The notes under the pieces are model-generated. The model was not told where the DNA came from. It made no database searches and saw nothing but the letters and a program-made list of their open reading frames with translations. A DNA stretch of 64,000 nt, taken from Octopus sinensis. Taxonomy: Eukaryota. Positions 25,848 to 37,880 of the stretch are shown here, piece after piece (position 1 is the stretch's first letter; every line of letters begins with the position of its first letter). Position numbers and translations under genes: made by a program. The DNA lies in the NCBI RefSeq assembly GCF_006345805.1, contig NC_043002.1, forward strand, positions 35,712,001 through 35,776,000, read 5' to 3'.

Positions 25848-26360
25848 GGCGGCGAGCTGGCAGAAACGTTGGCACGCCGGGCGAAATGTTTAGCGATATT
25901 TCGTCTGCCGTTATATTCTGAGTTCAAATTCCGCCGAGGTCGACTTTGCCTTTCATCCTTTCGGGGTCGATAAATTAAGTACCAGTTACACAGTGGGTCG
26001 ATGTAATCGACTTAATCCGTTTGTCTGTCCTTGTTTGTCCCCTCTGTGTTTAGCCCCTTGTGGGTAGTAAGGAAATAGGTATTTCGTCTGTCGTTACGTT
26101 CTGAGTTCAAATTCCGCCGAGGTCGACGTTGCCTTTCATCTTTCGGGGTCGATAAATAAAGTACCAGTTTCGCACTGGGATCGATGTAATCGACTTAATC
26201 CCTTTGTCTGTACTTGTTTGTCCTCTCTGTGTTTAGCCCCTTGTGGGTAGTAAAGAAATAGGTATTTGTTCTGGCTTTCTACACTTTGAATTTAAATCAC
26301 ACCAAGAGTAATTTTGTTTTCATTCTTTCGGTGTCGATCACATAAAGTATCAGTCAAAAG
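25848..26360 (+). mobile_element. SINE family A concatemer (25848-26077, 26078-26260, older unit to about 26360)
   Basis: A-box-like tggcagaaacgtt and B-box gagttcaaattcc; core resembles the Meta domain of MetaSINEs (from recall); each later unit starts at ggtattt directly after a gaaata tail. Confidence 0.9.
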
Positions 26361-28500
26361 CGGTGGATTAGGAAAATCATTAGAACGATATGTTTTGCAG
26401 TATTTGCGTTCTGGGGATGGTTGAGTTGATTCATCATTCGGCTTAGCATTACTACCAGTTCATTGGGTGTCATTAGCGGAGTTAACTTCATGGCAAACAT
26501 TCATGTCAAGTCTCCGGCTTGAGGATATTAAAAGGCGCTAAAAAGGCTTCTGCATATATGATTAAACAGCACGCGCGTGCACACACAAACACACACACAA
26601 AGATGAAGATAACGTGTCATGCCATCAACATTGTACTGTTATGAACATGAGTTGTTATGTAAATGAAACAACTTTGCTTACATATGTAGAATTCACTAGT
26701 GTCGCTCGGCAGCTTGGAAGGAAAAGAGAGAAGTGAGCAAATCCTGGTAAGTTGTTAGAACAGTAAAGGTACCTTATTTGGTCCTTATTTCTAGACACTG
26801 AAAAACCTTGTGACCTAACTACGGGAACTAATTTCTCGGCGAGATTTAAATCACATAATTCCAAGTTCCATTCTTTTATTCGTCTACATATTTTATTCAT
26901 AACACACTCCGTATAGGCGTTCTAGTAAATAACATAACCCTACTGACATGTAATTTAAGTTCGGTTACTTACACATGTAGACAGCTCTACATACACTTTA
27001 CTATATATATATATATATATTTTTTTTTTCACACTGATATCGTTTATCTTGTTCATTACCGTAGTTAAAATGTGTTCAAAATTACAGTTCATGGGAAGAG
27101 TTTTCAGTGTTTTTAATATTTTTTTTGTATACTTACAATTTCTCAGACGGCGATATTATATCACCTATATCATCATTTTTAATGTTTTTGATTTATTTTC
27201 TTCGTGTATAATTTTCTGTGATATCAGTTTGTGCTTTAGTTTGCTAAAGGCTGACACTTACATAAATCTTGTCGACATTTCCATTCCACTATTGTTTATT
27301 TTGCCTTTTCCTTCTTTTCAACACTCATTCTCCAATTCCAACATACTTGACTTTAAAATTAATGTTTGTTTTGAGCCACACACATAGACATACATACATA
27401 TATGTATATATACAAGATTAAACATACACGCACACATACACGCGCACACGTATGTATGTTTGTATGTATGTATTTATACTCACACATACACACTCACACA
27501 CACACGCATACAAATGTCTAGAGGAGCACACACGCACACACAAACAGTTTTTGTTTATTTTGTGGTAGAAATACACAAAAGTGCAAGACACAGCGGTGTA
27601 CTGGATTTGTGTAAAGTTCTATTTTTGCTAACTTACGTGAGATAAACTGGAATTTTATAACCCGAACTACAGTATCATTCGGTCATGCATGACTGAAGAC
27701 GACTAGCAATCCACTTATACCATCTCGAGTCATTTTAGAAAAACCCGATGACATATAAGGCCGGTTGGAAGACCAACCAGGATATATAACACCTGTTTAT
27801 TTTATAAATTCATTTTATAAATACATGCATACAAACATACGTACATACGTATATACATACGTCCATACATTCATACACGCGCGCGCGCACATACACAAAC
27901 ACACACACGTATATGCGTATATAAATGAGAATGTTTGTGTGCAAGTATGTGGATATATCACAGAAGAGCTCTGAAACGGTGTGTCCTCGAGAAAAACGGA
28001 TTTGATTTTCGTAATCTGCGTTCCAATTATTAGGTTTTCTGTAATAATTAATCAAAAAATAAAAATTTCTACGAGAAAGAACCCAACTATATATTTACCA
28101 CACTCTTTATCACTCTGTCTCTGTATGTGCGTATCGCTCACGCATGCTGCTTCACCCCTCTCTCTTGATATGACGCAATTGCTTTCATTTTACTTAAAAC
28201 GTCGTCGTTCTAAACGTCTACTTTCACTTTGTGATAGCTATAATGCAAAAAAAAAAAAAAAATGCTCGCTTCTAAATTTTCTGATTGGGTAAAAATGATC
28301 GAACCTCTGTAACATTTTTCTAAAACTTTCCCGGAATAAATAAATCACAAAATCGGATTCAGTGTGAAAAAGAACGTCAGAGAAAACATGATCTGACGGG
28401 GAATAAAAAATAAAAAAACAAAATAAAAGCACTCTATTGTGAAAATTGCCCGACAGCGATGAGATACTCAACTAGTTTGTGTGTGTGTGTGTGTGTATAT

Positions 28501-28917
28501 ACTCTTTTACTCTTTTACTCTTTTACTTGTTTCAGTCATTTGACTGCGGCCATGCTGGAGCACCGCCTTTAATCGAGCAACTCGACCCCGGGACTTATTC
28601 TTTTGTAAGCCCAGTACTTATTCTATCGGTCTCTTTTGCCGAACCGCTAAGTAACGGGGACATAAACTCACCAGCATCGGTTGTCAAGCAATGCTAGGGG
28701 GACAAACACAGACGCACAAACACACACACGCATATATATACATATACATATATACGACGGGCTTCTTTCAGTTTCCGTCTACCAAACCCACTCACAAGGC
28801 TTTGGTCGGCCCGAGGCTATAGTAGAAGACACTTGCCCAAGGTGCCACGCAGTGAGACTGAACCCGGAACCATGTAGTTGGTAAACAAGCTACTACCACA
28901 CAGCCACTCCTGCGCCT
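28501..28917 (-). mobile_element. SINE family B, full length
   Basis: Reverse complement of the 9221-9648 family with an (actctttt)n tail. Confidence 0.9.
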
Positions 28918-28929
28918 ATATATATTATA

Positions 28930-28991
<62 letters not shown>

Positions 28992-29007
28992 ATATTATAT
29001 ATATATG

Positions 29008-29051
<44 letters not shown>

Positions 29052-29054
<3 letters not shown>

Positions 29055-29266
29055 TTCTTTACTACCCACAAAGAGGACAAACAAGGACAGACAAACAGAT
29101 TAAGTCGATTATATCGACTTCAGTGCGTAACTGGTACTTATTTAATCGAGCCCTAAAGGATGAAAGGCAAAGCCGACCTCAGCGGAATTTGAACTCAGAA
29201 CGTAGCGGCAGACGAAATACCGGTAAGCATTTCGCCCGGCGTGCTAACGTTTCTGCCAGCTCGCTG
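29052..29266 (-). mobile_element. SINE family A, near full length
   Basis: Reverse complement of head, core and tail. Confidence 0.9.
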
Positions 29267-29279
29267 TCATGTGTGTGTA

Positions 29280-29342
<63 letters not shown>

Positions 29343-29344
<2 letters not shown>

Positions 29345-29522
29345 GGGAGTGTTTACGAAAAAAAACAAAAGACAGGTGGTGTACAAAACAAACGGATGTA
29401 TTAGTATAACGCTCAGGAATAGAAAAAGTATTTTACGTTTCAAGCCTACGTTCTTCTACAGAAAGGGACACACAAAAAACAAGGAGAGAAAAAAAATGTG
29501 TGTAGTGGCTAACGATCTATCA
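29343..29522 (-). mobile_element. Short PLE-like terminal fragment with minimal hammerhead-like motif (copy 2)
   Basis: Closely similar to 984-1195; between (TG)n and (TA)n. Confidence 0.6.
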
Positions 29523-29818
29523 TGTATATATATATATATATATATAATTATTGAAGTAGATAAATGAATTATCTTATTACGGATAATTCAAATGATAACC
29601 GATACCTGGGTAGCAAAAATCACAACAGAAAAAGCACGGTTGAAGTTACGACCATGGGGCATAAAATCCGTGCCTTAGTGCGGAAATTTGAATTTTTATA
29701 TATTAAGTGTAGGAAGAAATGGAGCTGAACGAAGATTTAACAAAATTCCTTTTTATTATTTTACACTTAATATATATATATATATATATATTATTATTAT
29801 TATTATAAGAGATACACA

Positions 29819-30017
29819 CGAGGGGTGTTCAAAAGTTCCTGGCTTTAAGGGTGGCGCGAAAGTTCTGGTTTTAAGACCAACCTTCCGAGTTCTTTTAGTG
29901 GGTTTAGAAAAACTATAAGTGTGTGAATCTGAGAGGGGAATATTATGAATAAAGTCATAATGAGCTGATCGACGTGTTTTTTTTTACCCAAAGGCAAGAA
30001 CTTTTCAGCAGACTTCG
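29819..30017 (+). mobile_element. Mariner-derived MITE (199 bp)
   Basis: Imperfect TIRs cgaggggtgttcaaaagttcctggcttt / aaaggcaagaacttttcagcagacttcg followed by TA; retains the transposase tail (GLEKL..KCVNLRGEYYE*). Confidence 0.8.
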
Positions 30018-30077
30018 TATATATATATATATACATATACATATATTATATATATATTATATATATAGATATATATA

Positions 30078-30131
<54 letters not shown>

Positions 30132-30158
30132 TATATACACTCGCCCACATATGGTTTG

Positions 30159-30193
<35 letters not shown>

Positions 30194-30920
30194 ATATGTG
30201 GTGTGTGTGTGTGTGTGTGTGTAAACATATGCAAATGCTTTGTGTACCCACTCTTTAACATGTTAATCAACCGTGCAATACCAACAGTAAACAGGATGCC
30301 TTACCGGAAATCAAATATTAGCTAACAGAATACCTCTACCAGGAGCATCAAAAGCAGCAGCAGCAGCAGCAGCGACATGATAGCTCCGGAATATAAACAA
30401 TGTGAAAGCAGAAGCTGCAACAAAGTCCCAAACAAGTACGATTGGAATAGACAGACATCCAAATTATTTTAATCCTTCAGTACAAGAGGTGACTAATTTC
30501 ATCAAGCTTTGTTTTACTTTGATTAAAAAGAAATGCCAAGGTTTAATCTCTTAAAGCAGTCGATTTCAACAGCGAGCTTTTACTGGTTTCTGTCATTCGA
30601 TTCAGAACATGTTTAGGCACAAACCAGTATTTATTTCTGTGCGACACACATCATAACGATCACTGTTTATCGATAAAATGGATGTTTATAGCAGCTACTA
30701 TTAGCTTTGCTAGTCTCATAACATAATAATTTTCAGAGTTAGCATTTTCAAACAAATCATTAAAACACATTCAATGAATAACATGATCAAACAGATCATT
30801 CAGGAACATTGGACAATTAACATCACATAAAGACACAGAATTTAACCAGTTTACGCAAATATTGAAGCACAGAAACGCGCATACGCATCTATACACAAAG
30901 ATACACAGACACTCACCATA

Positions 30921-30969
<49 letters not shown>

Positions 30970-31072
30970 TTACACATAACCGCTAGAGACTGTGTGGAGA
31001 GAGAGAGAGAGTGAGTGAGAGAGAGAGAGAGTGAGAGAGAGAGAGTGAGTGAGAGAGAGTAGATAGACAGGC

Positions 31073-31104
<32 letters not shown>

Positions 31105-31110
31105 TATTAT

Positions 31111-31185
<75 letters not shown>

Positions 31186-31667
31186 TATATTATATATATA
31201 TAGTATGTAACTGTTCTGGCAATGCCCTCGCTGATTGTTATTAAAGCAGCGCGAATGTAAGCTTTCAGTCCTGTTTGGAATCTACACTCTGCACAGATGT
31301 GGCAGAGATGGCCGCCTCCTACAGCAGGTGTTCAGAGAGATTACCACTCACATTGATACATGCCTTCATTCCAACATGGAATTTTTCATTGAATGTTTTG
31401 CCTTTTCGTCTATTACCAGCTTTGGTATGCAACACGTAATAGAGATGTTAAAAACCAAGCAATGCCTGTATCTGATTTTTTTTTCAAGTGAGGAATTATT
31501 TTACACAAAGCCAATCACACTCTCCTAATAATGTATGTAATTGCCCTTCAAAAGAACTAATCTAGTCATTGGATGTAAACGAAGTTGTAGATGTTACATC
31601 AGAGTTTTCTTTCTCCTTGAGAGGTATCTAAACATACATACATACATACATACATACATACATACAT

Positions 31668-32200
31668 GCAAGCAGTTTATCATGAACCAATTGCCGGATT
31701 ACTATCTCCCACTTTGAACGGTATGCGTGTGCAATCCAGGTACAGGAAATATCAACCAAGTACCTGATGCACAAAAGGGATAGAGATGCAGAAAAAGCAG
31801 TAAAATGTGACAACCGATGCAGACTTTGTGGAGTTCACACTGAAAATATCATCCACATTATAAGCAGTTGTCCGAAAATGTCATTACGGTATTATCTACC
31901 GATGAGACATGTAGCTAGGACACTCTATAATGAAATCTATCGGAAGGATAATCCCGTGGACAAAGAAATAAGAAACCACAGTACAATAGAAGCCATAGCC
32001 ACTCATAATAAGACAATTGCAAACAAAATCTGAAAGTGGGACAGTAAAAATATGCAAAACTTTTCTCAAGTTTAAAGCGTGACTTTATCTTTGCTATCTA
32101 TATTTATCTATATTCAATCGGTGGAGGTTTGTATCGTTGTTAGAAACCAGTTTCTTCCTCAGAGGAAGAATTCAGATAATTAAAACAGAAGAGAACAGAC
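31668..32200 (+). mobile_element. R4/Dong-like retrotransposon 3' fragment with internal deletion and putative 3' UTR
   Basis: HFERYACAIQVQEISTKYLMHKRDRDA, CRLCGVHTENIIHIISSCPKMSLRYYLPMRH, then a jump to GTVKICKTFLKF; same family as 17341-18358. Confidence 0.85.
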
Positions 32201-32224
32201 ACACATAGATACATACATATATAC

Positions 32225-32636
32225 ATACCTATTTACTCATTCTGTGCCTCCACAGTTCACTCTGGGTGCAAGTGTATACGGAATTCGTACCTACTTATCT
32301 GCATTTCGAGCACGGCTGTTTCACTGATAACTGCTGGGCCCTGTTTTCTTTTATATTTACTATCTTTTTAATCTTCGCCAAGTTTATTCCAAGGTCTCTC
32401 GATTCTAAGTTTTCTAAAGACTCTACTATAAGTACTAGACCATCAGTATAGAAACGTTACCAAGGACAGTTGGCAGTAATTTACTGTTAGAACTTGGCAA
32501 ATTATAATAAATTGAATGGTGCTGAGAACTGAGCCTTGTTGAGCACCTACTTGCTCGGTAAATTCTTCACTGAACTCATTGTCAACTGGCAGTGATTGCA
32601 TCTCTGTACATAGCTTATATCACTCTTAGGAGATAT
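32225..32636 (-). mobile_element. RTE-clade LINE reverse-transcriptase fragment
   Basis: VI*AMYRDA..VDNEFSEEF..QVGAQQGSVLS...LYTDGLVLIVES (degenerate YADD) ...PCSKCR*VGTNSV. Confidence 0.85.
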
Positions 32637-32646
32637 TCATATATAC

Positions 32647-33360
32647 GGTTTACAGCAGTGCTTGTAAGGAAGATGTGTAGCGTGTAATAATCTCATTGGT
32701 CATGACAGAGAAAGTTGAGCAGAGAATCTGCATCAAATTTTACCAAAAGCTTGGCGATACCCGCTCAGAGGCCTACTCAAAGTTTTCAAAACGTTTTCAT
32801 CGTCCTCGACACAATCAAGGAGATCATGTGCAACTGAAACCCGAGTGTCTCTTTTGTCAGCTGAAAGCAGTTTTGGCACAAACTTGGCAGACAAGCATCT
32901 CATATCCAAATCTTCAGTGATAATGGACTGAACTGAACCGTAACTAATCTGCACGTCCTCTGATAACTCACGGATGGTGATTCGACGATTTCCCCTCACA
33001 GCTGCACGCACATCTGCGATGTTACTCTCAGTTCTGATGGTTACAAGTCTCCCAGAACGTTCGTCAATATCGACATTTTTTCGGCTATCTTGGAAACGTC
33101 TAAACCACTCGTAGACTTGTGCACGGCTCATATACTCCTCTCCATACACTTTCTGCAACTTTGCGTAGGCCACTGAGCAGGTATTCCATGATAAATTTCT
33201 CTGTCATGGTCAATGCAACGATCGCACGCTACACACCTTCCTTCCAAGCACTGCTGTAAACAGCAGAAGTAAACTAGAACGCTAAAACTTAGTGCGCATG
33301 CACAGCAGAGTCCAAGATCAATATGTGTCGAGCGGCTTCACTCTGCATGGAAAAATTCAG
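32647..33360. mobile_element. Two convergent 5' portions of a mariner (plus strand 32647-32790; minus strand 32790-33360)
   Basis: Plus: MTEKVEQRICIKFYQKLGDTRSEAYSK. Minus: AYAKLQKVYGEE..VYEWFRRF..ERSGR..RRITIRELSED..SAKFVPKLL. Both share the leader gtttacagcagtgcttg.aaggaag.tgtgtagcgtg. Confidence 0.85.
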
Positions 33361-33374
33361 AAGTTCTGTCGTTC

Positions 33375-34090
33375 ATTAGTGGCGCAAATGACGATGTGTT
33401 CGCTTAATGCTATTTTTCTGCATTCCCTGATTTTAATCTGGTATCTATGTACGGTCATCCTCTGGCGTAGACTGCTTTTTGGTTTGGCCTATGTATTGCT
33501 CTTGACACCCTGAGCAGGTTAACACATATATTAGATTTTCCGAAGCACATGTGAAGTTGTTTTTCATTGTAAGACATTGTCCCTGTTTGAAGAATTCCGA
33601 TCTTTCAATTAGATTGTCATATATACCACAGTTAGGTCTTTCGCATTTCTTTACTGACGGTTTCAATGTTGTTAGTAGACTTTTCATTGACTTGGGTCGT
33701 CTTTTGCTTTTTATGATGATGTGCGTTTGGCGGATTTGATTCATTCTGTGGTCCCTTTTTAGCAAAAAAATGTTCTGGAGGATGGTGTCGAAGGCTTCAT
33801 TGTTTAGAGGGTTGTGTGTAGATATGTATGGTAGGGCTTTTGGTTGTAAATATTTCCTTAGTTTGGGATGTTTGAGTTCGTAGATGTTGAGTTTCAGGGC
33901 ACGTTGAAAACCTGTATCAATTAATGATAGTGCTGATGAGTGTATCATTTAGCTCATGTATTTGTGTGTCCATGGTGCTTGTATCAGATAATATAGTACA
34001 AATCCTTTTTGCCAGGTAGAATGGGATATTCATTCTAGTGTGGCTGGGGTGGCATGAGTTGAACAATCAAAATCCAAATCCGGAATCAAC
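33375..34090 (-). mobile_element. Penelope-like element: RT C-terminus, linker and GIY-YIG endonuclease (degenerate)
   Basis: FNSCHPSHTRMNIPFYLAKRICTI, LPYISTHNP, CERPNC, FTCASENLIYVLTCSGCQEQYIGQT, LRQRMTVHR...SEHI. Confidence 0.92.
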
Positions 34091-36037
34091 ATTCCTTTGC
34101 ACCCTTATTAACTATTTCTTCAGATCTGCTACTACCTACCGAGCCTTCACAAAAGTAAAAGAGAGAGAGAGAGAGAAGGAAAATGTCCTACCTATTTGAA
34201 GACTATGGAAATATTAAAAAAAACATTTCATTTAATTTTTCTTCAGTTCAATTGTTTTCCTTGCTTTTGTTGAAAAAGTCGAAAAGTCTGAAACGGGTAC
34301 TAAAATGTTCTTCATGATAAAATTATTTTACCATTTTCTACCTTTTCTTATTTTTCTTATTACTTCTCTTAAATTACACACGCTTGCGCGCGCACACATG
34401 CATGTTGTCTCTCTTTTTCTATATTCCTGAATATTCTTATAATAACTTAATTGAATGGGTGGGGAAAACACAACGATGGGTCAGAGATGCAACATGCTGA
34501 AGCAGCAGACAAGAAGTGAGTGGAGTAAAGACAGTCGGTTGATGTCAGTAGAGAAGAGTGAGTGTGAGGTAAGAGAAGAAAGCGTGACAGCTGCTACAGA
34601 ATGTAGTAAAGTATTTAAGTAAGTATATGCATGAATGTGTGAGCAAGCTTGTGTGTGAATGCGTGTATGTGTGTTCATATGCAATAGCGAGAATAAATGT
34701 GTGGTGATATGAGCAAAGCGAGAAATTACATTGGTGGTGTGAGTTGGTCATTATAGTGAGTAGTGGATGCGTGGAATAATGCATGAAGGTGTACGAGCAA
34801 AAAGGGAGTTAAATTACATGTGTGGTCGTTTGTCAGTGTGTATGGGAAGATAATAAAGATAATAAAGCTACTAGTAATAGTAGCTATGGCTAAATGGAGG
34901 ATTAACTGTTCGCGACAAAGTTGGATGTTGTGTAATTCTACAATCAGCGAGATGCTAATGGTAGTGGTCTGCAGAATTAAGGGGTGGGCCACTTAGTGAT
35001 CCAGTGTTGTTGCATCGGATGCCCAACAAATGTTCTCTAAAATTGATCAATTTATCAGTCAACCTCTGATCAGTGTACACATTAATCGACAGAAATGGTA
35101 AATGTCATCTGCAGCATTAGCAGATGACATTGCATGTAATAGATGCTAACATCTTGATATTTACAATAATCAAAAGGGTAGAACGCAATAAAAGTTGAGA
35201 TGGCCTACGTACAACGGCACAAAATGTAAGTAGAAAATGTTTTCAAACGGGATTAAGTTATAGACCAAAATTTTAGTCTTATCTTCTTTCTCTTGTTAAA
35301 ATAATTATTCCAGTTCGGTACCTCTTTCGTATTCTCAATAGTCGACAACAGATTTTGGAGTTCTCTCCGTCGTATTTCTTTACAAGAACTATGATTAACA
35401 TAATGATTTTGCTTTTTTAACTATTGCCATAATTTTGATTGATTAAAAATGCTTCTTTTTTTCTGACAACATTAAGTGTCTTAGTCACCACTTAACTTTA
35501 TCTTAGTTATGATTAGATGTGTTATAATAATAAATAATGTATATAATTGAAATTAACTTCTTTATAATCAGATTAAGTATGCTTTTTCTTTTAGCTGACG
35601 ATATTAAATATGTTAGTCAACACTCAACTATATTACAGTAGTGGTATGACGTATCTCCGATAAATGCTCGCACCACAGAGATCTGTATTCCTGAAGATCT
35701 TGTCATTATGCAAAATTCCTTAAAGTGAGGCCTATTTCCAATCTACGATTATTAGACTTAATTATCTGAGTTCCAATTAACCCTCTCCTACCATAATCAC
35801 CACCTCCTTTCTCTTTAATTTAAATTTTTAACAAGGGTATGTTGCACTCGTATCTAATGCTTAATTGCCTTTATTTACTTTGTCTTGGGTTCAATTCTTG
35901 CTTTTCACATTTCAAATCCTAGTGTAATAAAACGAATAATTATCTATACTTGATCTTTAGGCTTCGATAAGGAATCAGTCTAACGGACTCCAATCTACAT
36001 CCTCCACCCATGACAGGCCCACTAATCGGTATAGTGG

Positions 36038-36088
<51 letters not shown>

Positions 36089-36983
36089 TACATACGTTTG
36101 TTAAAAGGCAGATTCACTGCAGTTACCATAGAGAAAATATTTCCCTTATGGTATAACTGTGTGAAAACACCCTATTTGTTCAGTGTCGCCATCTATCAGG
36201 ATTCTCAGACATCGATGTTTCAAGTTAGTCGGCTTTTATCAATGGGACGTACCTAAGAGAAGCAATAGATTTATGTAAAATACAGTCAACAGCATTGATT
36301 AATTTGCGCTGGTAGATCGCTCGATCGTGGCAAAATCCCGAAATATTAGCGCCAAGCAGTGTTCAGGCATAAGCAACGTTTAGGTTAGTTAAAATTTGTT
36401 CGTGGTAAATTTCAACTGCTTATACCATAAGAGAAATATTTTCTCTACGGTAACTGCAATGTATTTGCCTTTTAGCAGTTGAAATATGTCACAAACATAT
36501 TTTAACTAACCTAAACTTTTGCTTATGGTTAAACACTGCTTGGCGCTAATATTTCGTTATTATGGCTGCCCCCTCGTTATCGAGTATGGCCATTGCACGA
36601 AGCTTAACTGTTACTGGTGCTGTGATCGAATGTGACTTTTTAGCCCAGCTAAAGATCTATAATGTCTTGTACAGAATTGGCAACTACAACCTTTACCGGT
36701 AATAGCCGGCTGTAGTTGTAACTGGGCTTCATGTCGTTTAAGTCCTCCAACCGAATTACACTCTCTTCTACATGCCCGACAGATATGATTACTTTAGTGT
36801 GTTACACCACCAATATTTCGTTATACATACATACATACATACATACATACATACATACATACATACATACATACATACATGCATGCATGCATACATGCAT
36901 ACATACATACATACATACATACATTACATACATACATACATACATACATACACACATACATATGTGTGTGTGTGTGTATAATT

Positions 36984-37147
36984 ACGTCGGGGCTTCTTTC
37001 AGTCTCCGTTTGCCAAATCACTCACAAAGCTCTGGTTGGCCCGAGGTTATAGTAGAAGACAGTTGCCCAAGGTGCCACGCAGTGGGACTGATCCCGGAAC
37101 CATGTGGTTGGTATGCAAACTTCTTACAACACAGCCATGCTTGCGCC
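36984..37147 (-). mobile_element. SINE family B, 5' half
   Basis: Reverse complement of head and CORE-like region. Confidence 0.85.
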
Positions 37148-37329
37148 TAAATACGTACCCACTACAAAAGTTGTTGATTGTTGAATAATGAGAGACGGTG
37201 CAATGGGAGTTATTTACAGATAGTAGGGGCAGTATCTTCTCCCTAGCTCCTCTTCTTCCTCCTCCTCCTCCTCCTCCTCCTCCTCCTCCTCATCATCATC
37301 ATCATCATCATGCGTCACGCTATCTCTGT

Positions 37330-37880
37330 AACGCTCAGTGTTGAAACTGATCTCATTATAAAACTCCTCTTGTAATTTTTATTTTACGTTCACGACTAGG
37401 ATTGCTATTAGATAAGACCTGCAAATCTTCCTCTGTAAGAGCCAACTCATGAGTTATTCTTCGCAAACAACTAAAGAGATGTGTGTGAAGCTCCAATATT
37501 CAATTCTTGCTTGGCGGTATGCTCTTATTCTATAAACATCAGCTCCTCATTAATAACTTTATGAGACTCTAGCAGCTCCACCAGATCATCTGCTGCGACT
37601 TTATTCTTTTCCTCATTTGCCAATGTTGTAATATCTTGCTGCACTTGATGTAGGCTTTCGCCTGGTAGAAAACCTGTGAAGTCACGAATATAGTTTGACC
37701 ATAAATTTTTCCAAACATCATTCATAGTTTACTGTTTTACTCTTCCACATGTCTCACATATGTCATCCACTGCCAGCATCCTCAATTTTGAACTTTTTCA
37801 ACAGTCTCTAACTTTCTGATTGCTTTTATGAGTTGTTATAAAGTTCTGAAATAATATATGACTGGAGCAAATTGGTTATA
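37330..37880 (-). mobile_element. pogo/Tigger transposase C-terminal fragment
   Basis: MNDVWKNLW...RDFTGF...DDLVELLESH..INEEL...NSNPSRERK.KITRGV. Confidence 0.78.

Noticed and set aside
30322-30378. Minus-strand MSLLLLLLLLMLLVEVFC*, signal-peptide-like
   Set aside because: The Leu run comes from a (CAG)6 repeat; stop after 18 codons, weak splice donors and no supporting exons.
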